This document shows positions 30,801 through 40,061 of a stretch of DNA of 64,000 bases, one piece after another. Each line of letters opens with the position of its first letter. Positions within the stretch are counted from its first letter, which is position 1. Under the pieces are notes generated by a model. That model was not told where the DNA came from and did no database searches. It saw only the letters and a program-made list of their open reading frames with translations. Origin of the DNA: Chitinophagaceae bacterium (GTDB lineage Bacteria > Bacteroidota > Bacteroidia > Chitinophagales > Chitinophagaceae); NCBI GenBank assembly GCA_049242885.1, contig JBMLOQ010000130.1, forward strand, positions 5,821 through 69,820, written 5' to 3'. The translations under genes were made by a program, and so were the position numbers.

Positions 30801-31324
30801 ACCTTGTAACAGCAAAAGATAGCTTACTACAAACCATTCAAGAAGTAGAAGCCACTGCCAACCAACAGTTTTTAGATACGTACAATAAAGTAAGAGAAAA
30901 TTTCCAAAAAGTATTTAAAGCCTTATTTACTGAGGAAGATACTGCTGATATGGTTTTAATGAATCCTGAAAACCTAGCAGAAACGGGGATAGAAATTATT
31001 GCAAAACCAAAAGGCAAACGCCCAGCAAGTATTCAACAACTAAGTGGTGGAGAAAAAACACTTACCGCTACTGCCCTACTCTTTGCTATTTACTTAATTA
31101 AACCAGCACCATTCTGTATTTTAGATGAGGTTGACGCTCCTTTAGATGATGCCAATGTGGGTAAATTTACCAACATGATTAAGCAATTTAGCGAAAACTC
31201 TCAATTCATTATTGTAACCCACAACAAGCAAACTATGGGTGCTGTTGATGTAATTTATGGGGTAACTATGCAAGAACCTGGAGTAAGTAAATTAGTGCCA
31301 GTAGATTTTAGGAATTTGAATTAA
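27806..31324 (+). CDS. smc: chromosome segregation protein SMC
   Basis: N-terminal Walker A GPNGCGKSN, long coiled coils, hinge, and C-terminal LSGGEKTLTATALLFA signature with Walker B ILDEVDAPLD. Confidence 0.95.
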   Translation: MRLKSLEMKGFKSFADKTIVSFDEGITGIIGPNGCGKSNIVDSIRWVIGEQKISQLRSENQAALVFNGSKNRSASGLAEVSLTFENTKNLLPTEFSTITVTRRFYKNGESEYRLNDVQCRLKDIHNLFLDTGVSTDSYAIIELGMVDDIIRDKENSRRRMLEQAAGITIYKTRKKEAKNKLDATEQDLARIEDLLFEINNQLKTLENQAKKAEKYYELKKEYKEIAVELAKASLQGFNITYKDLQEQQESQTNIRVQLEASIATEEAALEADKVGFIEKEKALQSMQQGFNELVQTLRTKENEKNLATQKLQYLKEKEESIKDFLAKAEGQLQGINDGIELSQTQISEEETRLQTTQQEVEAARTKADEARKIVDEKRGLLDSNRMGYQAIQRQQFDAEKTVAIADTSIQNLQRSVYQLTQENTQREQQLQQLQAELQQKENQLTEKKTDLEQLQEHQNKTKEQIFETQASLEVLRNKLNDENRTLDAKRNEYNLLKSMVDKMEGYPESVKFLHNNDGWNSKSPILSDIIYVKPEFRAAVENVLEPYLNYYVVNNLQEGLQAVNLLSNHKKGKANFFIKDLVSERSTNYNQPANTIKALDVIEVDDAYKSLANHLLGNVFIAENDDALENSNDAVVLEKTGKYVKGTYTLTGGSVGLFEGKKIGRAKNLEKLHEEIVAQEVVVNELKANIQAKHNEVIGYNEQLKENVIKQTEQEINQLINTVFSTKNRIENIQSTYNSTVEKIEDNQERLHTENDNIANTRTLLLELNTSIAEALSNMKVIEDDYKNAEQLYSNESFTFNQKNIELTKQQSKIAALKQELQFKQQQLHNLTAQVEQNNTQLKDSVETIAQNEFLLQSAQDGLVDLLRNKEAEEKKLNEADQAYYLLRNVLQEKETVLRQQVKQKEICEHSLAEIKDKLNELKLQLAGMKERLYVEFKINIDDVLDEARNTESTLEDLIATSDRMKKRMENMGEINPTAIEAFTEMKKRYEFILEQKNDLVTAKDSLLQTIQEVEATANQQFLDTYNKVRENFQKVFKALFTEEDTADMVLMNPENLAETGIEIIAKPKGKRPASIQQLSGGEKTLTATALLFAIYLIKPAPFCILDEVDAPLDDANVGKFTNMIKQFSENSQFIIVTHNKQTMGAVDVIYGVTMQEPGVSKLVPVDFRNLN

Positions 31325-31358
31325 AAGAGTATTCCAATAAATGTGCAAATCATTTTAT

Positions 31359-31398
31359 GAGATTGTCTCGGACTTTTGAGACAATCTCTTTACTTTTT
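31359..31398 (+). terminator. intrinsic terminator
   Basis: GAGATTGTCTC-loop-GAGACAATCTC followed by a T-rich tail after the smc stop. Confidence 0.65.
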
Positions 31399-31447
31399 AA
31401 TAACTTACAAAGTTTATGTAATAGTGCTTAGCTTACTTAAAGTTGGC

Positions 31448-33709
31448 TTATTTCATCCTCCATCTAAAACCAATATAAACTTCTCTACCTCTTGTAGGGC
31501 CCCAAACACTTGAAGTGTCAAAGTAATCGTCAAAAGGATTTTGCCAATTTACTATGGGTTTTAGCTGTCTAAAATCAAATAAATTTTCGCATCCTACATA
31601 AATTTCTAATTCATTTACTTTATGAGTTATTTGGGCATTTACAACTGTATATGATTTTGAGAAAGATGGAGCTCTAAAAGCTGTTGGACTATTACTCGTA
31701 TTTGGTAATCTTTGAGTGCCAACCCAATGAATATTGGCATCTACAAACCATTTATCATTAGTTGGTCTATAAGAAAACTCCCACATTACTCTATCACTTG
31801 GGTTAAATGGCAAAACATTCTTCATGTTATTTTCAACTCTAAATACATCTAAATTACTATAGCCAATTTTTGATTCTACAATTTTATTATAACGAATACT
31901 AGCTTCTATTTGAAACGAATTAGAAGTAGAATTTCCTGTAAAATTTCTAATAAAAGCTTTTTTAGCATCTCTATCATAATCGGGAAAAAACTGATTTTGA
32001 AATTGAGTTTGAAAATAATCGGCACTTATATTTAAGTCAAAATTATTACCTGTAATTTTATGTGTATAGTTTATACCCCAATTAAAAGCTTGCTCTGGCT
32101 TAATTGTTTCTTCAAAAATCACATCCCTAGAACTAGCTAGCAAGTTTATGTTTTCGCTAAATAAATTTACTTGCCTCCAACCTGTGCCTACACTTGCTCT
32201 TAAAGTTCCATTTTTGCCAACATTAATTTTCAGCAAACTTCTAGGCGTTAAATAAGTTCCATATTGTTGATGCTTATCTAATCTTACGCCTACAATCCAC
32301 ACTATTTTATCGTTATTAAACTTTGTTGTGTTTTCTGCAAACACACCTGGCACATTTAATTTTGTTGTGTATTTTCCATCATAAGTTCGCATTAAACTAT
32401 TGTTTGTAAAAGCAATTTCTTCATTCAAAATTTGGTGCCTGTAACTTATTCCATATTTTAAGTTTGATTGATTTTGCCAATTAAATTCGTGTTGTAAATT
32501 AAAATAACTATTTACTTGATTGGCATTATATTTTAATGTTCCAAAATAACTTTCTTGATTTTGCTGATGGGTTGATGCTATTAAAACAATAGCATGTTTA
32601 TCGTTAAATTTATAACCTGTTTTAGTGTAAAGTTCTGGCTGTACATAGTTTACAGTTTGCCCATAACTAAGGGTTGTTCCTTTTTGGGTAGCAACATCAA
32701 AATTTATTTGTCCGCCTACACGTTGCTCATTTACAATACGCAAACCAATATTTGTAAAAAAACCCACGGTTGTTTCGCTTCCATATTTCCATTTATTATA
32801 AAGGCTGTATCTTGTAAGTTTTGGCAAGTCTAAAAAATTATCACCATCTCTATCAGTAGTTTGTGCTGGTTGTACTACATGAGCTGCTAACAACATGTTC
32901 CATTTTTTTGTTGCACCTACATTGTTTGCATAATTTACGTTAAAGTGTTTTTCTAAAAAACTATTCATATACATATTTATAAATAGTTTATCGGTTTTTT
33001 CGGGCGATTTTGGAATTACATTTATTTGCCCACTAATACTTTCGAAGCCTTGTAATACAGAATTAGTTCCTTTTACAACATAAATATTATCTACCAAACT
33101 TCCTTGAATATTGCTAATGCCATAGGTTTGAGTAAGCCCTTGCATTAAAGGCATACCATCAAAAAGTAATTGATTATAAATTCCTGAAAGTCCTAAAATT
33201 CTCAATTCTTTTGTATTGGTAACTACATTTGTAGTTTGAGGTTGAACAGTTATTTGTGTTTCAAAGCAGCCCGCTAAATCACAACATGCCGATTTGGTTA
33301 ATTCTTTCTGAGTAATAACTTCTGTTTTTATAGGATTAGTTGAGGATATAAAGGAAAACTTATTGCCTGTAGAAACCAATACTTCTTTAAGGTTTGCAAT
33401 TTCTTCTTCCATTAAAGTAATAGATACATAAGTTTCATTTTTTATCAAAATGGTATCTGCTTTAAAACCTATATGCGAAACTATTAGTTTTTTTAAAGTA
33501 TCAGCAATTAAAGGTATTTCAAACACCCCATTAGCATTACTTATTGTGCCACTATCACTATTATGCCATTTAATACTAGCTTGTGCCAAAACTTTTTTTG
33601 AGCTTTGGGTTTTAGAAAATATTTTACCTCGTAATTGTTGTGCTTGTACTGCAAAAAACAAAAAACAAAAAATTAGTACAGCTAAATATTTAAGTTTAAT
33701 TGAGTTCAC
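31448..33709 (-). CDS. TonB-dependent receptor with N-terminal carboxypeptidase-regulatory-like domain
   Basis: Signal peptide (VQAQ). CarboxypepD_reg-like segment (GKIFS...ISNANGVFEI). Plug region, then a long beta-strand-patterned barrel ending ...YIGFRWRMK. Apparent GTG start overlapping the upstream stop. Confidence 0.85.
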   Translation of the reverse strand: MNSIKLKYLAVLIFCFLFFAVQAQQLRGKIFSKTQSSKKVLAQASIKWHNSDSGTISNANGVFEIPLIADTLKKLIVSHIGFKADTILIKNETYVSITLMEEEIANLKEVLVSTGNKFSFISSTNPIKTEVITQKELTKSACCDLAGCFETQITVQPQTTNVVTNTKELRILGLSGIYNQLLFDGMPLMQGLTQTYGISNIQGSLVDNIYVVKGTNSVLQGFESISGQINVIPKSPEKTDKLFINMYMNSFLEKHFNVNYANNVGATKKWNMLLAAHVVQPAQTTDRDGDNFLDLPKLTRYSLYNKWKYGSETTVGFFTNIGLRIVNEQRVGGQINFDVATQKGTTLSYGQTVNYVQPELYTKTGYKFNDKHAIVLIASTHQQNQESYFGTLKYNANQVNSYFNLQHEFNWQNQSNLKYGISYRHQILNEEIAFTNNSLMRTYDGKYTTKLNVPGVFAENTTKFNNDKIVWIVGVRLDKHQQYGTYLTPRSLLKINVGKNGTLRASVGTGWRQVNLFSENINLLASSRDVIFEETIKPEQAFNWGINYTHKITGNNFDLNISADYFQTQFQNQFFPDYDRDAKKAFIRNFTGNSTSNSFQIEASIRYNKIVESKIGYSNLDVFRVENNMKNVLPFNPSDRVMWEFSYRPTNDKWFVDANIHWVGTQRLPNTSNSPTAFRAPSFSKSYTVVNAQITHKVNELEIYVGCENLFDFRQLKPIVNWQNPFDDYFDTSSVWGPTRGREVYIGFRWRMK

Positions 33710-34059
33710 TAATTATTTTTTATAGCAATGTTTTTTACTTTGTAAGGAAATACTTTAGCATTTGAGCAACTGGGTATTTTCTCAATAATTGCTTTAAACT
33801 GTGTTTCTTTTAAAACACTTGTATGATAAATTATAGTAAAATTTGATGACCCATTTTTTAAACTCGTAAATAATACGTCATCAATACCTTCTTTATTAAT
33901 TAATAGTTCTTTTATTTCGGGCATGTCGCCTTCACAATGAATGCCAGAAACCTTAACTATAGCAGTTTTTACACTATCAACAGTTGCTTGTGCTTTTAAT
34001 GTACTAGTTTTAAATACTATAAAACTAAAAATAAAAATGGCTTTTACAATTTTTTTCAT
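33709..34059 (-). CDS. small secreted HMA-fold-like protein with a degenerate metal-binding motif
   Basis: Signal peptide. VKVSGIHCEGDMPEIKELL occupies the place of the GMxCxxC motif but has a single Cys. Translationally linked to the TonB-dependent receptor. ATG at 34059 is preferred over the TTG at 34068. Confidence 0.4.
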   Translation of the reverse strand: MKKIVKAIFIFSFIVFKTSTLKAQATVDSVKTAIVKVSGIHCEGDMPEIKELLINKEGIDDVLFTSLKNGSSNFTIIYHTSVLKETQFKAIIEKIPSCSNAKVFPYKVKNIAIKNN

Positions 34060-34128
34060 GACATTCAAATAGGGTTAATTAATGCTGTAACCTAACAGAT
34101 TAATTTACCATTTTAAAATGCAAATTTA

Positions 34129-34144
34129 AGATGTAATTACATCT
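34129..34144. promoter_or_regulatory. perfect 16-nt palindrome AGATGTAATTACATCT (candidate operator)
   Basis: Seen directly in the divergent intergenic region between the HMA-like/TBDR operon (-) and the alanine-dehydrogenase-family gene (+). Confidence 0.3.
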
Positions 34145-34264
34145 AAGACTCAAGAAAGATGACTACGTGATTTTCCATTAAACTAACTCAAACGAAGTAT
34201 TAATTAGCAGCGTATCTATGAATTGTAGATTAAAATGTTTAATTAAGAATTCCATCCCATCACT

Positions 34265-34272
34265 TACCTTTG
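34265..34272 (+). promoter_or_regulatory. candidate -7 promoter box (TACCTTTG)
   Basis: Exact TAnnTTTG match about 25 nt upstream of the ATG at 34297. Confidence 0.4.
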
Positions 34273-34296
34273 AAATAATAAAAAAATAACTACTGC

Positions 34297-35511
34297 ATGT
34301 CTTCTACCATACCTGTAATTACAACATCTTTTAACTACGAACCTTTAGAAGAAAAACTAGATATTAAACCCAAAGGTGCAAAGTTGCATATTGGTATTCC
34401 TAAAGAAACTGCTTTTCAAGAAAACCGTGTTGGGCTTACGCCAGATGCTGTGGGTGTTTTAACTAGTAATGGGCATAGTGTTACTGTGGAGCATCATGCA
34501 GGCGAAGCTAGTCATTACAGCAATAAAGATTATACAGAGGCTGGTGCTTCTATTGCTTACAATCACGAAGATGTTTTTAAAGCTCCCATATTAGTAAAAA
34601 GTGCCCCAATTGTTGAGGACGATTTACCTCTTTTACAATTAAACCAAACCATCATCTCTCCTATTCATTATAGTGCTTTACAACAAAATGTGGTTCAAAA
34701 AATGATGGAGAAAAAAATTACTGCTCTAAGTTTTGAAAACCTTAAAGACGATAGTGGCACTTATCCTATTGTACGTAGCATGAGTGAAATTGCTGGTAGT
34801 GCTGTAATGCTAATTGCAGGGCAATACCTTAGTAGTTTTAATAATGGCAAAGGGGTATTACTGGGTGGCATAAGTGGCATTCCTCCTACAAAAGTGGTTA
34901 TTATTGGGGCAGGTATTGTGGGTGAATTTGCTACAAGAAATGCTTTAGCCTTAGGTGCAAGTGTTAAAGTATTCGACAACAATGTAAGCAGATTAAAACA
35001 ATTGCAAAACAATTTAGGTCAACGTGTATGGACAAGTGTTTTAGAGCCTAGAATTTTGAGTAAACAATTAAAAACTTGTGAAGTAGCTGTTGGTGCCATG
35101 AGCAATGAATTTGGTAGAGCACCAGTAGTAGTTTCTGAAGAAATGGTTGCTTCTATGAGGCCAGGAAGTATTATTATTGATGTGGCTATTGATAGAGGTG
35201 GATGTTTTGAAACTAGTGAACTTACCAGCCACCAAAAACCTACTTTTATTAAACACGATGTTATACACTATGGTGTACCTAATATTCCAAGTGGATTTGC
35301 CCGTACTGCTAGCCAAGCTATAAGTAACGTATTAATGCCGTTACTTTTAAACATTAGCGAAGAAGGTGGTATTGAGGAAATAGTATGGCACAATTTTAAT
35401 GTACGTGAGGGAATTTATTTATTTAAAGGCTCACTTACAGATTTGTACATGAGCCAAAAATTTGATCTTAAATTCACCGACCTTAACTTGTTAATTGCTG
35501 GCAGAAGGTAG
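34297..35511 (+). CDS. alanine dehydrogenase / PNT-family NAD(H)-binding dehydrogenase
   Basis: IGIPKETAFQENRVGLTP N-domain and the Rossmann motif VVIIGAGIVG. About 400 aa, as in Bacteroidota Ald-family proteins. Confidence 0.7.
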   Translation: MSSTIPVITTSFNYEPLEEKLDIKPKGAKLHIGIPKETAFQENRVGLTPDAVGVLTSNGHSVTVEHHAGEASHYSNKDYTEAGASIAYNHEDVFKAPILVKSAPIVEDDLPLLQLNQTIISPIHYSALQQNVVQKMMEKKITALSFENLKDDSGTYPIVRSMSEIAGSAVMLIAGQYLSSFNNGKGVLLGGISGIPPTKVVIIGAGIVGEFATRNALALGASVKVFDNNVSRLKQLQNNLGQRVWTSVLEPRILSKQLKTCEVAVGAMSNEFGRAPVVVSEEMVASMRPGSIIIDVAIDRGGCFETSELTSHQKPTFIKHDVIHYGVPNIPSGFARTASQAISNVLMPLLLNISEEGGIEEIVWHNFNVREGIYLFKGSLTDLYMSQKFDLKFTDLNLLIAGRR

Positions 35512-35550
35512 TTATCTATTTCATTCTACCCATTCCCAGAATTATTATAG

Positions 35551-37437
35551 TTATTCTTTAACTAATTTATGTACAACCCCATTTGATGTTTTTAATACAT
35601 AAATTCCTGGAGAAAAGTGGCTAATGTTTAAACTAAAATTAGATTGGGTTACTTTGTTTTGTTGCATAATGCTTCCCTTTACGTCGCTAATGGTATAGTT
35701 TTCGCCAACAGCTAACCCTTTAATGGTAATTAACGATTTTGTTGGATTAGGATAAACTTCTACTCCCCCACTTGCATTACTAAAAGATAGTTGCCTCACT
35801 TCGCTATAACTTTTACTTCCATCTTTATCAATACTTTGCAATTGATAGTAATATTTATTTTGGTTAGTAGTGGATGGCAATTCATCGTAATAAGTGTAGC
35901 TATTAATTGTGTTATTTTTTGCAGCAATTTTTGCAATGGTAGAAAAATCTCTTCCGTTTGTACTTCTTGTTAAATTAAAGTAAGCAACATTAACTTCGTT
36001 TGCAGTTACCCATTTATTTTCAACTGTTTTACTGCTATTTAATGCTATGTTATAATGTGTGAAGTTTAAAGGAAGTGGTGGGTTTGCTTGGTACACTCTT
36101 ACATAATCAATTTCCATTGCCGATTGTGCAAAACCACTCGTTACTCTAGGTTCAATAGCTACATTCAAAAGCAAAAATTGCTCAGCATCAAACGGCCAAG
36201 TATATTGGTTTTTTACCGCAGGACTATAGCTAAAATGATTAATACCATCTACACTAAACGTAATTCGTTGAGCATCCCAATCAACAGTATATACATGAAA
36301 CTCACTTGAAACAGTTGTTTTAGTTTGTGCATTGGTTACATATTGCCCAGCATTTAAATTCCCATTTACAGGAAAATGTATAGCACTTGAAACTACATTT
36401 TGATTACTGCCCCAATGTTCCATAATATCAATTTCACCACAAGCTGGCCAATTTGTAGTGCCATGTGTTGGTTGCCAAAATGCTCCAGGCTCGTTAATAT
36501 TTTTTCCAAGCATCCATATAGCAGGCCATGTACCAGCTCCAGTTGGTAATTTAGCACGAACTTCTACACGTCCGTATTTAAAAGCAAACTTTGAATTTAA
36601 TCTTGCAGATGTAAATTGCTTTGTATGCCCTTGACTGTTAAGAACTTCTCTTTTGGCTACAATATTAAGTATGCCATTAGAACGAAAAGAATTAGTTAAA
36701 CTATTAGTATAATGCTGTAATTCTCCATTATACCAACTACTTCCATTTGGCAGTTGAGTTTGATGAAACCAGTTTAAATTATTTACAGCACCACTGCCAT
36801 CAAATTCGTCTGTCCAAACCAAATTGTTAAATGTTGAGTATGAGCCACTGTACAAAAAGTCGTCAATAAAAGCTAGTACATTAGCATTGTTGTTTTCGCC
36901 ATTTACTTGTAATAAAACTCTACTAAAATCCCATCTATTTATAGGATTGCCTGAATTGATATTATAGTTTACATAAGTGTCTGTAGCAAAATTAAACGTG
37001 ATAGTTTGCCATTGATTTAATAGAATAGGTTTTACTATTTCACATTGAGTTTCCCAAGGTGCAGCTAAAACCCCATTTTGCAATTTTAATGAAATTTGAT
37101 TGGGTTGGCTTCCTGTAATACCACTTGAAGGAACAAATATTTTTAAGGAAAAAACACTACTTGTACTTAAATTAAATGAAGATTTAGAATCAAACCTAAT
37201 ATTGGCAAACTGCCCTCCAACATCGGCATATCGTAAAACCTTTGAAGAAGTATTTATTCCATTAGATTGAGGATTGTTAAAATTAGTATCAATAACACAA
37301 TCATCTCCAATCCATCTAGTTATAGTTTTATTCCCTTCAAAATCGTCTCTTAAAATTAATGATTGTGAAAATAATTTACTAAAGGAAAAAAGAAAACTAA
37401 AAAGTCCGAGGATAGTAATTACTGTATTTTTTTTCAT
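35551..37437 (-). CDS. GH16 endo-beta-1,3-glucanase (laminarinase) with N-terminal CBM-like domain and T9SS C-terminal sorting domain
   Basis: GH16 catalytic motif GEIDIMEH (ExDxxE), WTDEFDG and WPAIWMLG motifs. An N-terminal roughly 190-aa beta-sandwich-like domain. C-terminal VEVYPNPTKSLITIKG...GIYVLKT is a Por sorting domain. Confidence 0.85.
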   Translation of the reverse strand: MKKNTVITILGLFSFLFSFSKLFSQSLILRDDFEGNKTITRWIGDDCVIDTNFNNPQSNGINTSSKVLRYADVGGQFANIRFDSKSSFNLSTSSVFSLKIFVPSSGITGSQPNQISLKLQNGVLAAPWETQCEIVKPILLNQWQTITFNFATDTYVNYNINSGNPINRWDFSRVLLQVNGENNNANVLAFIDDFLYSGSYSTFNNLVWTDEFDGSGAVNNLNWFHQTQLPNGSSWYNGELQHYTNSLTNSFRSNGILNIVAKREVLNSQGHTKQFTSARLNSKFAFKYGRVEVRAKLPTGAGTWPAIWMLGKNINEPGAFWQPTHGTTNWPACGEIDIMEHWGSNQNVVSSAIHFPVNGNLNAGQYVTNAQTKTTVSSEFHVYTVDWDAQRITFSVDGINHFSYSPAVKNQYTWPFDAEQFLLLNVAIEPRVTSGFAQSAMEIDYVRVYQANPPLPLNFTHYNIALNSSKTVENKWVTANEVNVAYFNLTRSTNGRDFSTIAKIAAKNNTINSYTYYDELPSTTNQNKYYYQLQSIDKDGSKSYSEVRQLSFSNASGGVEVYPNPTKSLITIKGLAVGENYTISDVKGSIMQQNKVTQSNFSLNISHFSPGIYVLKTSNGVVHKLVKE

Positions 37438-37721
37438 TTTTCCTATTTTATGGATTTTACTTTTAATTATGGACTTGAATATTTTATTCTGAAATAGAAG
37501 ATTTCACAAACTTATTGAGATTGATCGAATTAATTTACTTTATCTTACTTTATGTTGAGAAAGGCTTCACTTTACAAAGCTTGAACACATGGATACCTCT
37601 AAAATCACTTTATTTTAATCTCACAAAAAACTACTACACAAAAGCAATTTTGCTAAATATATAAAACTTTTGAAATGGTAAAATGTTGATACTTAAACAA
37701 TCCAAATAAATAAAGGAATAT

Positions 37722-37753
37722 AAAAAAACAAGCCCACAATGTTACTTGTGGGC
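37722..37753 (-). terminator. intrinsic terminator ending the S10-spc cluster after secY
   Basis: Minus strand GCCCACAA-loop-TTGTGGGC followed by TTGTTTTTTT, about 100 nt downstream of the secY stop. Confidence 0.6.
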
Positions 37754-37849
37754 CTATTTAAACAAAATCAAAAAATCATGAAAACCAAACACAAATTTAT
37801 GTAGAAGTTTGACACTACCAAAATCAAACTCTTAAAATTTCATTATAAT

Positions 37850-39229
37850 TTATACTGTTGCTGTTGGCATTTCAGTTGCACCTTGTCGTCCTTGTACTCT
37901 TCCACTACTCATTAATCCATCATACTTTTTCATTAGTAAGTAAGTTTCTATTTGTTGTAAGGTATCTAAAATTACACCAACCATAATTAACAAACTTGTA
38001 CCTCCAAAAAATGTACTAAATTCTTGAGAACTTACAAAAGAGCTTGCTCCAAATTTCATACTCATAAAACCTGGCAAAATACCTACAATTGCTAAGAAAA
38101 TCGCTCCAGGCAAAGTAATTCTATCCATTACGGCACCAATGTAATCTGCAGTGGGTTCACCTGGTTTTACACCTGGTATAAAACCATTACTACGTTTTAA
38201 ATCTTCGGCAATTTGCTTAGGATTGAAAATTAAAGCTGTATACAAGAATGTAAAAGCAATAACCATAACACTGTAAATAACCATGTACCAAACATTGCTA
38301 TGATCACTAAATATTCTTACAATTCCTTTAGCTGAATCCATATTAGTAAAGCTAAATAAGGTAGGTATAAACATAATTGCTTGTGCAAAAATGATAGGCA
38401 TTACACCAGCACTATTTACTTTAATTGGCAAAAAGTTTCTAGCTCCGCCGAAATCTCTATTCCCTACAATTTGTTTTGCATAGTTCAAAGGTATTTGACG
38501 TACCCCTTGTACTAATAATATCAAACCAAATATTATAGTAATTAATATTACGATTTCTAAAGTAAAACCTAGTAAGCCACCAGCACCTCTTTCGAATTTA
38601 GAGTTAAATTCTTTTAACAAACTTGCTGGTAATCTGCTTAAAATACCAACCATAATTATGATTGAAGTACCATTACCTAAGCCTTTGTCTTGAATTTTTT
38701 CACCCAACCACATTACAAACAATGTACCAGCGGTTAAGCTAATTACAGTGATGAATGTAAATAATGGTCCATTTATTAATAATGCAGGAGCATAAGGTCC
38801 ACTAGGATTTGTTAAAAAAGCAACATAAGCAGTTGCTTGAAAAGCAGTTACAATAACTGTAAGGTAGCGAGTCCATTGAGTAATCTTTTTTCTACCTGTT
38901 TCTCCTTCTTTTTGAATTTTTTGTAATTGAGGAACCAAAATTGTCATCAATTGCATAAAAATAGAAGCAGAAATGTAAGGCATTATACCCAAAGCGAAAA
39001 TTGAGGCCTGAGAGAAAGAACCCCCAGCAAAAGCATCAAATAAACCCAAAATACCTTTTGAACCTTTACTTGCTGCATCGGCTAAAGAAGGATTGTTTGG
39101 ATCTATACCTGGTAACACGATATGTGAACCAACTCGATAAATTAAAATTAGTAAAAGGGTATAAATGATTTTCTTTTTAAGTTCATCTATTTCCCAAATA
39201 TTTTTTAATGTTTGTATTAATTTTTTCAC
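37850..39229 (-). CDS. secY: preprotein translocase subunit SecY
   Basis: Full-length 10-TM SecY (LILIYRVGSHIVLPGID..., GIMPYISASI...). Apparent GTG start. Confidence 0.97.
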   Translation of the reverse strand: MKKLIQTLKNIWEIDELKKKIIYTLLLILIYRVGSHIVLPGIDPNNPSLADAASKGSKGILGLFDAFAGGSFSQASIFALGIMPYISASIFMQLMTILVPQLQKIQKEGETGRKKITQWTRYLTVIVTAFQATAYVAFLTNPSGPYAPALLINGPLFTFITVISLTAGTLFVMWLGEKIQDKGLGNGTSIIIMVGILSRLPASLLKEFNSKFERGAGGLLGFTLEIVILITIIFGLILLVQGVRQIPLNYAKQIVGNRDFGGARNFLPIKVNSAGVMPIIFAQAIMFIPTLFSFTNMDSAKGIVRIFSDHSNVWYMVIYSVMVIAFTFLYTALIFNPKQIAEDLKRSNGFIPGVKPGEPTADYIGAVMDRITLPGAIFLAIVGILPGFMSMKFGASSFVSSQEFSTFFGGTSLLIMVGVILDTLQQIETYLLMKKYDGLMSSGRVQGRQGATEMPTATV

Positions 39230-39265
39230 GAATAATTTTTTGTCTTGGTAATTATCTTAAAGTCT

Positions 39266-39296
39266 TAAAATCAAAAAGGTGCATTTTAAATGCACC
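39266..39296 (-). terminator. terminator-like hairpin plus T-run between rplO and secY (possible attenuator)
   Basis: Minus strand GGTGCATTTAAAATGCACC (perfect palindrome) followed by TTTTTGATTTT. Confidence 0.5.
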
Positions 39297-39310
39297 GCAA
39301 ATATGTGAAA

Positions 39311-39760
39311 TTATTTTAGAATTTCAACGGTTCCGCCCGATGCTTCAATTGCTGCTTTAGCTTTATCGCTAATAGCATTTACTTTGAAGTTTAATGTAGC
39401 TTTTAACTCACCATTTCCTAAAATTTTAACTCTATCTGTACGGCTTATTAAGCCATTCATATACAAATTCTCTAATGAAAACTCAGAGAAGCTATATTTT
39501 TCGTTTAATTGTTCAATTTGTCCTAAGTTAAATACAACGTATTCAATACGTCCTGCATTTTTAAATCCACGTTTTGGAACTCTACGTTGTAATGGCATTT
39601 GACCACCTTCAAAAGCATTTTTTCTTTGATAACCAGCTCTTGATTGACCACCTTTATTACCTTTTGTAGAAGTTCCTCCTTTACCAGAAGCTTCACCTCT
39701 ACCTAATCTTTTTTCTTTGTGTGTACTACCTGCAGCAGGCTTTAGTGTATGTAATTTCAT
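39311..39760 (-). CDS. rplO: 50S ribosomal protein L15
   Basis: Conserved uL15 sequence (MKLHTLKPAAGS...GGQMPLQRRVPKRGF) and position in spc order. Confidence 0.97.
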   Translation of the reverse strand: MKLHTLKPAAGSTHKEKRLGRGEASGKGGTSTKGNKGGQSRAGYQRKNAFEGGQMPLQRRVPKRGFKNAGRIEYVVFNLGQIEQLNEKYSFSEFSLENLYMNGLISRTDRVKILGNGELKATLNFKVNAISDKAKAAIEASGGTVEILK

Positions 39761-39881
39761 TTTTTAGATTTTTTACTTACGGGAAAATCTTTCCCTCGCT
39801 TATTTAATGTTAAAATTAATAAATAAGAAAATTAGCAAATTGAAAGACATTTTCGTATTTACTAATTTACAAATTTGCTAA

Positions 39882-40061
39882 TTAAATATTTTCTACTTTA
39901 ATTAGATGGTTTACTTTATTTACCATTCCTAAAATTTGAGGAGTAGCTTCAACTTCTTTTGTAGCATGAAGTTTATTTAATCCTAATGCTATTAAAGTTT
40001 GCTTTTGACGCTCACTTCTGTCAATTCCGCTTTTTATTTGTGTTATTTTAATTTTTGCCAT
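39882..40061 (-). CDS. rpmD: 50S ribosomal protein L30
   Basis: MAKIKITQIKSGIDRSERQKQTLIALGL matches uL30. The internal ATG at 40061 is preferred over the one at 40079. Confidence 0.9.
   Translation of the reverse strand: MAKIKITQIKSGIDRSERQKQTLIALGLNKLHATKEVEATPQILGMVNKVNHLIKVENI

Noticed and set aside
30457-30837. 126-aa minus-strand ORF inside smc
   Set aside because: It is antisense to the coiled-coil region of smc, and the repetitive Glu/Lys/Gln codons keep the mirror frame open. It is Ser/Phe-rich junk with no start context.
37438-37849. Search for the missing infA/rpmJ (small genes normally following secY) in the 410-nt gap
   Set aside because: Reading the minus strand shows no ORF resembling IF-1 or L36. 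The gap contains only an intrinsic terminator and AT-rich sequence.
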